Assembly: GCA_951406725.2 (NCBI GenBank)
Contig: OX597821.1
Location: 53,010,001 to 53,074,000 of the forward strand
Length of the DNA stretch: 64,000 nt
Direction: 5' to 3'
DNA from: Octopus vulgaris
Taxonomy: Eukaryota
Positions 54,330 to 64,000 of this stretch are shown one piece after another (within the stretch, counting starts at the first letter, position 1; the number at the start of each line of letters is the position of its first letter). The notes under the pieces were generated by a model. That model was not told the origin of the DNA and ran no database searches. It saw only the letters and a program-made list of their open reading frames with translations. A program made the translations under genes and the position numbers.

Positions 54330-56410
54330 CGATGTATACCACCTTGAAAACCACGAGAAAGTACAATCTACAGCAGCACCTACGGTCTACATGAAAAAGA
54401 AAAACAAGTGAAGAGTTTGTGCAGATTTCTCATCGGGATTAAACGATTGCTTAATCTCATAACGCCCCATTGTCAAATTCTGTGGAAATGTTCAGAATAT
54501 TGAATGGAGGGAAATTCTCAATATTAGGCCTCTCGGAAGCATATTTACAAATCCAAGTAGGAGAATGCTCTCACTTATTAGTCATTAATACACATCGTGG
54601 CTTATTTAAATTAAGCAACTTCAGTGTAAAGGTGGCCATTTCCATATTTCAAAACGTAATGGATACAATGCTGGAGCTCAGTGATTTTGCTATAGCCTAT
54701 TTAGACGATATCCTAATAAAAAGTGAATCAGACGAACATGTAGAACATGTTCTGTAGAAAAGAAAAAAGAATACAATTTTAAGTGAATTGAAGGAAAATG
54801 TGAGTTCTTACTGAAAAAAAGTTTGCTTGAGACATATAATAGATAAAACCGGGTGGAAACCGAACTCACCCAGAGCAACTGCGGTAAAAATATGCCCACG
54901 CCGAAAAACGTGACTATGTTACAAACATTTTGGGGATCAGTAAATTACTACGATATCTGTATCCCCAATATACACAATGTAAAGGCCCCACTAAGTGATT
55001 TGTTAAAGAAAAATACAAAACGATACTGGACTGGTAAGTGCCAGAACGCTTTTGACGAATTAAAAAAATCATTTTAACATCGAACTGATAGGTAACACAT
55101 TTTTATCCGCAGCTGTATATTATATTGGCTACAGATGCGAGTGATTACGGTGTAGGAACTTCAGTACAAATATGATGATGGGAGTAAAAAAGGCTATAGC
55201 CCATGCGTCATGATCGTTATTATCAGCAGACAGGAACTATAGCGAAATAGAAAAGGGAGCGTTAGCAATCATATTTGGTGTGAAAAACTTCCATAGATTT
55301 ATTCATGGAAGAAGTTTCTGTCTACAAACATATCATCGTCCACTACTGTCGATATACGGTTCTAAGAAAGAAATACCAATACACGCAGCGAATAAACTAA
55401 GGCGATAGGGCCTTAGTTTACTATTGAATTACGATTAAAAAATGGAATATCTACCGTCAAAAAAACTAGAGAATGCGGATGATTTGTCTTGACTGATACC
55501 GAAACGCTGGCCTTTGGAGACATAAAAGAAAATGCGGAAAAGGACAAATTCATGACAGAAATGAAAAGAACACCGTGAATAGGTAAAGAAAATAGGAACA
55601 GGATTGGTGCAAAAAGGAAACCAAGACGTGAAACTATATTCAATTTGTGGTGGCGTGCGGATGTATGCACAGAGAGTAGTAATACCTGAAACATTGCTAA
55701 ATAAAATGTTGAGGGAATTCCATTTTGGACATCCTTGTATGTTCAGGATGAAGGCTTTAATGCATAGCTACTTGCACTGGCCAAAATTGGATAGAGAAAT
55801 CGAAACATTAGTGAAAGGCTAGAGAGGATGTGCTCCAGCAGCAAAATTACCGACCATGAAAAGTGAACATTGGCCAAAAGTAGATGTTCCGTGGTCGAGA
55901 TTACACATTGAGCTGCATGAGACGATAATTTCCGATTATAGTGTCTGATGATGGAACGTAATTTGTGTCTTTTGAGTTTAAAATGTTTCGTAAAATGTTC
56001 GCTGTTGAATATGTAAATACTGCGCTATACCTTCCCAGATCTAACGGACAAGCAGAACGCTTTGTCGATACGTTCAAGAGAGCCCTAATAAAGTCGAATA
56101 AGGAAGTTACAGATGAGGTAGATATACATCAATTCCTAAGAGTATTCCGAGTGACACCAAATCCAAACGCACCAGCAGTTATGTCGCCGGCAGGCCTGGT
56201 GTTTGCGTGGAAAATAAGATAAGTCATCGACAAATTGCTTCCTGGTAAGGAAAGAAAAACTGAAATGGACAGTACAAAAAGATATTTCAAATTTTGGTTG
56301 TTAAAATGTATATAAGAACGGAAAACAACCGTGGGAAGATGGCGTGATAACGAAACGCATTGGGAAAATGCTATATTTGGTAAAAGTAAGAAAAGGAGTA
56401 TACAAGAGAG
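54330..56410 (+). mobile_element. Gypsy (Mag/K02A2.6-like) LTR retrotransposon pol pseudogene (RT-RNaseH-IN)
   Basis: RT: AAPTV..KK, RVCADFSSGLND, LSEAYLQI, INTHRGLF, AYLDDILI. RNase H: LATDASDYGVG, YSEIEKGALAIIFGVKNFHRFIHG. IN: HFGHPC..MKAL..WPKLDREIE, PWSRLHI, IVSDDGT, PRSNGQAERFVDTFKRAL. Many stops; no LTRs identified. Confidence 0.93.
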
Positions 56411-56442
56411 ACATGTATATATACAATACTATATACACACGT

Positions 56443-56590
56443 AAGGCAGCGAGCTGGGCAAAATGCTTAACATTCAAATTTCAAGGTCGACTATGCCTTT
56501 CATTCTCTCGCAGTCAATAACATAAGTACCAGTCGGAAACTGAAGTCGATGGGAACAATTTACCCTTTCCCCGAACTTGTCCGCTTTGAC
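56443..56590 (+). mobile_element. SINE family B-related, deleted/diverged
   Basis: AAGGCAGCGAGCTGG...AGGTCGACTATGCCTTTCATTC...TAAGTACCAGT. Confidence 0.65.
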
Positions 56591-56819
56591 AAGATTCGAA
56601 ACCTATATCGTAAACAATAGCATGCACGCACACTCACACATGCACACACGCTTATATACAAACGCAAAATTTTGTATACTCATTTGCATATATGCAGGCA
56701 GATTTATTTATACATACATGTACATATATATATGTTGTATGCGCACACATATATACATACACTATATATAAATAAATGGCTATAAATATACATATATAGA
56801 TAGATATATACATATATAA

Positions 56820-57090
56820 ATATATTGATAGAAATGGTAAGACAAAAAAAGAAAGAGACCTCGATATTATGTAAATACCGGCATTTATCTGGAAATGTAG
56901 TATCTGACAATTATTTGGTAGCCATGATAAAACACCCAGTTTCGGGCGTCGGGGTGGAAATATACTCCGCTTTTTCTTCAGTTATGCGGCCATCGGAAAG
57001 ATGGCCGGACAACTGAAGAGATGGCGGCGTGGATTTCCACCCTGACATTCGAAACTGAGTTTTATCATGGCTACCGAATAATTGTCACAT
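56820..57090. mobile_element. Fold-back element with two divergently oriented HHR-like motifs
   Basis: Arms about 56905-56994 / 57000-57087. Plus strand: CTGAAGA 57013-57019, stem II GATG-GCGG-C-GTGGA/TCCAC-CCTG-ACATTC, GAAAC-TGA-GTT 57051-57061. Mirror TCTTCAG at 56975-56981. Confidence 0.7.
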
Positions 57091-57107
57091 ATTACATATA
57101 CATATAT

Positions 57108-57200
<93 letters not shown>

Positions 57201-58338
57201 TAGATAAACATATTGGTTTAGTAAGGTAGAGCAAAAGAACAATTCTTAGGCATTTATTTCCGCACGTAATTTTCAATTGAAATTGTCGCAAACATTTTCA
57301 AATTAACATATATATGCAGTCATACATTCATATTCAGTCATACATCATTACTCCATACATATTTGTATGCATGTGCCTGCTCGCATGAGTGGATTTACTC
57401 CCTAGATAGATAAACAGAAATATATATAAAACTATATTAATATAATCAAATCGACTCGGTCTATAATAAAACATTTCAGACAGCCACCATCACCCCACCA
57501 CAATGATTACTACACTTCCAACGTTTTAACTTTTACACCACTGCAAACACAGTTTACCACCATCACTACTATTACAGTGAAGAGCTAAAATAACAACATT
57601 GACGACAACAACTAAATACTGCATTTGTAATGTAAGAACAGATTTGTTTCGGAAATTTATTTTCTTTGATAATCACTCCCAAATCGATAATTATGTACAA
57701 GCATTAACATTTAAATAGATTATTATTGTTGTTACTGCTGTTCTCTGTTTTTCCTTTCCTGCTGTAGCTGTTGCTACTAATTTTTATCATTATCATTTTA
57801 AAATTTTAATAATAATAGTAAACATAACAAGAACATCAACAATAACAATAATATTTTTCCAAAAAACTGGGAAGAATTATTATTTATATTCCTCCTCCTC
57901 AACATCATAATTATCATCGCCCTCATCATCATTATGATCATCATCATTATTATTGTTGTTGTTGTTCTTGTTGTTATGATTATTATGGAAAAATCTAGCC
58001 CTTAGCAAAATAGAATTAGAATAGTGTTTTTAAAATGTCCGTTATTAATTGGATGTGATAATCAAACGTTTATCATTATTTTTTTTTTGTTTTTTGAAAT
58101 ATAAAAAAAATATATAAATATCACTGGCGTTAAGTTTCTGCGGAGTAAAACGAATTACTTCGAAACGCTTATGAATTTATTTTTTGCATTTTCTAATCTC
58201 AATTGTAAAATACAGAATTTCATCATCGCCACAAATTATAAGGGAATATGTAGTACAAAGAATTTCCATTACTTCTGTATCACCATAACAATCAAATTAC
58301 CATGATAAATAATTGTTGCTGCTACTACTACCACCACA

Positions 58339-58417
<79 letters not shown>
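58339..58417. repeat. (TAA)n microsatellite
   Basis: Direct reading. Confidence 0.98.
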
Positions 58418-58419
<2 letters not shown>

Positions 58420-59883
58420 GCCGTTGCTGGTCTTACTGGCCATTGGGCATATAATGCTTTTTTTTAAATGTTCAAAAGTTGTAATGAGATGAATTCAAGC
58501 AATGGTGTTCAGTTACGATTTTGCTCAGAAAGACAATTGAAAGTTAATGGGATTCATCATTAAAATACAAACACATAACTGTTGGAGCAGAAATAAATTA
58601 TTCTCCCCGGAAGACAAACAGGCGCACTAGTGATGTAAACCATGCAAGGAGGCTTCTAGAAACTAATGAAATTAGTTTCACATGGTGTGCTTTACTTTAG
58701 ATGCGGTTTGAGCGGAAATTTTAGGTGTAGGCAGGTAAAAGATTACGAGGGTAGCCTTCTGCCACATCCTCACAGAAGAAAATATCACAGTTAAGAGTGG
58801 ACTGTACAAGTGAACACACTCTCCTATCGATGTTGACTCAAGGGTACTTTCCGTACGACTTTAAGTTCCTAAACCTATGTGTTGCAGCGGTCAGTGCAAC
58901 GAAGAATTCCAAGGCACATTCTAGTCGTCTACGAGATGTACAACGCTTTTGGCCGGTCCGGACCGGCCAGATAATATGCTAGTGTAGTTTCAGTACACTA
59001 TACGTCTAGCGAATATCAGGATCATCCTATATTCAGATGGTAAAGTAATAAAGTTAAATGTGAGTAGCTGTGGAAACTGTAATGATTTCAAACTGATGGC
59101 CATTTAATGCTCTATGTAAGGTTCGCTGGCTAGGGATTTTCCTAGAAAAGAAATTGCACATAATTATTAACGGGTGACTGTAATGACTGCGTTGATCCAA
59201 GCTGTAAGATATCGCCGGGCGAAAGTTTTAGTTTCGATAAATTTATGACCGACTTATTCTCAAGTGTGATGGTTTTTCTCAGGCAAGTGGTTTTCAGAGT
59301 CTTACTCTCCTTAGATTCCCGACTACTTTTTGGGCTTTACTCGCAATCTTCACTTAAAACACGGAACCTATTGGGTGATAAAATTTATTCTGAATGTTTA
59401 TGTCAGAAGTTATAATTTTTAATCGGCTTTCTAGGGGTAATCCATTTCTGGGTGGGTGAGAGAAAGTGAGTGACTTCTGTGGAGTTTGTAGACATTAAAA
59501 AAAGCCTTTATTTTCGGGAAAGGAACAAATTTATTGGTTTCGAGACAAAATCTTAAATGTGCTCACATTTTTGACTGATAAAATAGAAACTTCTCTGGAG
59601 CGTTTCCAAGGACCAATTCAAAAGCATACGCCAGGGCAAAAAGGCCACGATCTTGTGCGCCAACTTGGGGATTAATTATATGAACTTATTGAATCGTAGG
59701 AATACTATTTGTTTGTGGTGAATACAATGTTGTTATTTGTGCCATTAGTTCCTGCGAAACTGATAAGTTCAAACTGCCATAAATATAAACATCTTCGAAA
59801 GAATTGGTTGACAAAACAAAATGATTGTTCCTGGTGTGATGAATGAACAGTGTATGGTGTGGATTGTATGTTAGAATTTCCGT

Positions 59884-60760
59884 GTGAGAAAGAAAAATTG
59901 GTTGGTTGTATTAGAATTTCTGGAAAATTTTCTGCTTCGATTTTCAATGGGACGTCAATGGGTGTATCATATAACATTTGTCCTGAAAGTAAGAAATACT
60001 TCTCCTCACATTTCAAACCAAATCTTCTCAGTTACCAGCATGTGGCGAAAAATATATCCTCGTTTCCAACAGATATTTCCTCAGCCGCCTATTGTAGCCG
60101 TTAGACGGAATAAGAATATAAGAGAATTATTGACCGCTTTTTCTGACTCCAAGAAAACGAACGTTGGAGTATCTGCACACTTTACCTTAAAGAACAGCCG
60201 CAAGAGAGGTAAGCCCTGTTCATTGTGCAACAACATGAGTGAAGTGAATTTCATCGGAAATCATAATGTTATGATTTATACAGAAGTTGTAGCATGTAAA
60301 GATTCCCATTTGTTATATGCTGCAGAATGCACGAAACACAACTTAATTTATGTTGGCTGTAGCACAGAACAATTAAACAAAAGGCTTAAATGGAACAGAT
60401 TCGACGTCAGGCACAATAACAGTAGTTCTAAAGAACTTGCCGAACATTTCGTTTCAAGCGGCTGCAATTCTGAAGAAGACTTGAAAGTACATATTCTCAG
60501 AAATTTCTCTGGCTCTGCTTCCCTTTCACTTCTCAGAATGTATGAGGAGAAATATATTCGCTAGTTATTAACATCACGCTCTGGAGGAATGAATAAGATG
60601 ACAGGAGAATATCATCAAATTTATACAAAACTGTTTAATTAAAGATTCTTCTATTTTCTCTTTTTCATTCCTTTTTTCTGACGTCTTCTTTTTTCTGTCT
60701 TTTACTTTTCGCCTGTTACAAAATTGTAATTTAAAAACTGATGATGTATTTCCATCAACG
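59884..60760 (+). mobile_element. Penelope-like element remnant, GIY-YIG endonuclease region plus 3' UTR
   Basis: ORF 59884-60564: PPIVAVRRNKNIRELL, PCSLC, CKDSHLLYAAECTKHNLIYVG, LAEHF, EEKYIR, as in PLE C-terminal GIY-YIG domains. A possible decayed HHR (CTGATGA at 60738) follows. Confidence 0.85.
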
Positions 60761-60925
60761 TGTGGACGCTGGTTGCTCTTGTTCATACTTTACGTTTAAA
60801 TTTCTATAATTTTGAATTTTTATCACTTCTAAATTTGAACTTGACAAAGACAGACGTACAGTTGAAATATCATTTAACCAATAAAATATCTATTACAATC
60901 GAATCGTGCTCTTCGTCTTTATTAT

Positions 60926-61025
60926 NNNNNNNNNNNNNNNNNNNNNNNNNNNNNNNNNNNNNNNNNNNNNNNNNNNNNNNNNNNNNNNNNNNNNNNNNNN
61001 NNNNNNNNNNNNNNNNNNNNNNNNN
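60926..61025. other. Assembly gap (100 N)
   Basis: Run of N. Confidence 1.
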
Positions 61026-61822
61026 TCTGGTGTGTGCCTATACCATCTTTTTTCTGTTGTTATTCCATAATGTTGGCATAGCTTCCAATGTATGTAGGTT
61101 CCAACTCTGTCATGTCTGTGAATATATTCCTTCTTAGCCAGGACTGGGCAGCTAGAGATAATATGATTTATTGTTTCTTGTCCATCTCCACATATTCTGC
61201 AGTTACTTGTAATATTTCTTTTCATTACATGTTTTTGGTAATTTCTGGTGGGGAGGCTTTGGTCTTGTGCTGCAATTAAAAATCCCTCTGTTTCTGCTTT
61301 GAGTCCTGAGCTTCTCAACCATTGCTGGGATTTTTCTTTGTCTATTTCTTTTGCGTTTAGTTTAGTCCAGTATTTACCATGAAGGGGTTTTTCTTGCCAT
61401 CGTTTTATCATGGCTCGTTGCTGTTCTATTTTTAGTTTGGATTTCATTTGTTTTATAGCTTTTGTTGTTTCTTCATCTTCTTCTTCTTCTTCTTTGTGTT
61501 TATTAGGTGGTATGATTTCTTGTTTGTATTTGTCAGCTTCCTTAAATACTGAGAACAGTTTTTTGTTTTGCTCGTGTTTTGCTGCTATCTGGATCAGTTT
61601 TCCTTCCTTCTGAAGTAGGTATTTTTGCAGTCCTATGGTGGTTATTTTATAGTAGTTTTCCAGCTGTATAAGGCCTCTACCACCTTCTATACGTTGTATA
61701 TATAGTCTTTCTATATCAGATTTTGGGTGATGCATCCTAGATCCTGTCAGTATTTTTCTTGTTTTCCTATCTATTTTGGACAGTTCATTTCGTGTCCAGT
61801 TAAGGATATTGTAGCTGTAACT
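61026..61822 (-). mobile_element. R4/Dong-clade non-LTR retrotransposon, 5'-truncated, open frame (post-RT region + CCHC + start of RLE)
   Basis: WTRNELSKIDRKTRKIL, HPKSDIERLY..GGRGL, AAQDQSLPTRNY, CRICGDGQETINHIISSC, YIHRHDRVG. No stops over ~265 aa. Abuts (TAA)n at 61823-61909. Confidence 0.9.
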
Positions 61823-61824
61823 TA

Positions 61825-61909
<85 letters not shown>
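61823..61909. repeat. (ATT)n microsatellite, likely Dong target site
   Basis: Direct reading; adjoins the truncated 5' end of the R4/Dong fragment. Confidence 0.95.
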
Positions 61910-61911
<2 letters not shown>

Positions 61912-62112
61912 TGGTTTCATTTCATTATAACTTTATTTCAGCTGCCTTAGTACCCGGCATCCTCCGGAGGCCAAGAGTATCAAAGACACTTTTGTTTTGC
62001 TATGCATGCTAAAATTATCACCACATTTATCTCATTATAGATGAAGCGTGCTTTCCTTAGTATATGGGCTGTATCCATCAATGTTACATTATCATTACTA
62101 TTATTATTATTA

Positions 62113-62390
62113 TTGGTCTAGTAGTTAGGGTGTTGCACTAACGATCGCTAGATTGTGATTTGGGTGGTGTTTTGTGTTCTTGAGTAAAACAATTCTTCAC
62201 ACGTTGCTCACTGATATCTTCGACACCTCGCGTGTCGTACACCATGTACCTGTTCAAACCAAGTCGAGTTGATGACAAGAGTGAGCTAACGTGCAGCATT
62301 AACATTTAGTCACTCTAAACAAATCATCTGTGCAGGTCGTTCGGCAATATTTGAACACTCATACGTCGCTTTCAACAAGAGAGGCCACTA
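62113..62390 (+). mobile_element. Diverged tRNA-derived SINE (CORE/V-like centre)
   Basis: TGGTCTAGTAGTTAGGGTG A-box-like motif; TTGTGTTCTTGAGTAAAAC..CACGTTGCTC resembles 25911-26242. Confidence 0.6.
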
Positions 62391-62399
62391 TTATTTTTT

Positions 62400-63540
62400 T
62401 AATTAATTTATGAAGATTAGCGTAACTCTTCAGAAAGGGACGACTTGTAATAGAGATTGGTTTTGTTTATTGAAGTGAGTATATCTCTCTTCCTCGGGTT
62501 CAAAGTGAAAACAGAAAATAACGCAGAAACACAGAAATTCACAATATATACTACGGAGATATCTTGCGTTCATTTAAAAACAAAATGACTATCAGTTTTC
62601 ACCTTTCCATAACCTGTAAAAAGGAAGAAGTAAAAATGCAGAAAAATAAAACATGAAAGAGAAACTTAATCAAAATGTTTTATTATATAAGTAACTCCAC
62701 GAGGCTCCGGCAGGGGATGGTGGTGATCCCTGCTGTACTCTTTCACCACAACTTTCTCTCACTCTTACTTCCTGTTTCTGTTGTACCTGTATTTCAAAGG
62801 GCCGGCCTTGTCACTCTCGGTCTCACGCTGAATATCCCCGAGAACTACGTTAAGGGTACACGTGTCTGTGGAGTACTCAGCCACTTACACGTTAATTTCA
62901 CGAGCAGGCTGTTCCGTTGATTCGGATCAACCGGAACCCTCGTCGTCGTAACCGACGGAGTGCTTCCACTGTATATAAATAATGAAATTCGCAAGTCAAT
63001 TTGTTCATTACTTCAGGATGTGACGTTAGTAACCCACAAATACATTTATCTTCATCTATTTTGAGGAATGAAAGTGCAGTTGAGTCAGAATATTTTCTGA
63101 GAAGGTGCACTGTCAGGTGTTTCTCAAAATTACAGTCGTTTCTTGTAAAAAAAATTCGGACAGTTCCGTCGAACTACAGTTATTGTGCCTGGCGTCTACC
63201 TATTGTCATTGAATCTTTTATTTAATTGTTCAATTGCGCAATTAACCTAAAACAAGTTGTGTTTGGTGCATTCCACTGCGTACATTTCTGTTACATGCTG
63301 TGATGGAATTCACTTGACATGCTGTTGTACAATGAGACTATTTTTCAGGATACAACTTCCGGAAACTCCATTGGTATTTTTATGGGGATTAGACATAGTG
63401 GTTAATTGCTCTCTTATGTTATTATTGCATCTACAATACATGTGTGAGGAAATATTTGCGTGGAACGAAGATATTTTTCTGAAATATGCTGTGACGTTTA
63501 TGCAACATTTTTTATATTGCCAGCGAAATTTCTGTGTCCT
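62400..63540 (-). mobile_element. Second, more decayed Penelope GIY-YIG remnant, interrupted by a SINE
   Basis: Reverse complement GAATGCACCAAACACAACTT...GAACAATTAAATAAAAG...CAGGCACAATAAC.GTAGTTC...TTCTCAGAAA aligns with 60320-60600. About 62590-62690 aligns loosely with the 60620-60745 UTR. Confidence 0.8.
62691..62970 (+). mobile_element. SINE family C-related, headless copy nested in the PLE relic
   Basis: ACCTGTATTTCAAAGGGCCGGCCTTGTCAC...GAGCAGGCTGTTCCGTTG...AACCGACGGAGTGC is shared with 9877-10040. Confidence 0.8.
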
Positions 63541-64000
63541 TTAATCACTGAAGGAATTCAATCACTAATTTTACTTTGGCTGCTAAAATTATGCGTTTAA
63601 GTTTGGCAATGTTAATTTTAGCAATGTCATTTGCGATCTTTACTCGTTCGCGTTTGAAATAATGCCCGAAAGAAAGCATTTGCATGTTTCCAGTAATCTC
63701 CTGTGTCTGTATAAATCTGTTATACTCCAATAATCTGGATTTTCGGATCTGACTTAATTGTATTATGTATAAGAGTGTAGCAGCGCTGAACGTAAATTTG
63801 GCTTGATATGTGCTTGCAAAATAACTGTCACTATTCCACCTTCTAAAGTCTTAACTTTTGTGTCCAATGATTCGATGCTAGAGAAGGAATTTTTGTTGTA
63901 CTTAAAACAATAGCATCGCGTCAAATAGTCAGAGAAATACAAGAAATAATCTATTCTGCGATCATTCCCAGACAAAAAAGAATCATAGTCAGATTATTGG

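Noticed and set aside
55943-55960. CTGATGA motif
   Set aside because: It encodes the integrase SDDG motif of the Gypsy relic; there are no HHR stems.
58800-59300. Possible LINE RT relic (KVRWLGIFLEKKL at ~59118)
   Set aside because: Single short motif with no YADD or other RT motifs recognised.
61823-61912. Poly-Asn N-terminus of the 339-aa ORF as a real protein start
   Set aside because: It is the (TAA)n target read in frame with a 5'-truncated retroelement, and the ORF also runs through the N gap.
62600-62650. Strong minus-strand acceptor TTTTTACTTCTTCCTTTTTACAG|GTTATG (second ratchet point or micro-exon)
   Set aside because: It lies in the pyrimidine-rich 3' UTR of the minus-strand Penelope relic (similar to 60620-60745), and the following donor is poor.

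Overview
AT-rich, repeat-saturated eukaryotic DNA with a 100-N gap at 60926-61025. The tRNA-derived SINEs and very dense (TA)n/(TG)n/(TATC)n/(TAA)n microsatellites suggest a coleoid cephalopod, probably Octopus; this is inference, not a search result. No intact host gene was found, and most ORF-track entries are microsatellite artefacts. Recognisable coding relics: an RTE LINE, a Gypsy/Mag-like pol, two CR1-type fragments, three Penelope-like (PLE) GIY-YIG remnants and an uninterrupted R4/Dong-type fragment inserted at (TAA)n. The main signal is RNA-structural: about a dozen hammerhead-ribozyme (HHR) motifs in short non-coding elements, mostly next to (TA)n. These include a near-perfect 533-bp tandem array with one canonical type I HHR per unit (19201-20728, retrozyme-like), an HHR with a G3-C8 core swap (43264-43314), a tRNA-headed SINE-like element carrying an HHR (29114-29470) and several fold-back HHR pairs. 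A consensus AG|GTAAGT recursive-splice-like site on the minus strand (53322/53323) hints that the window lies in a giant intron. All structures were paired by eye; none were folded computationally or tested.
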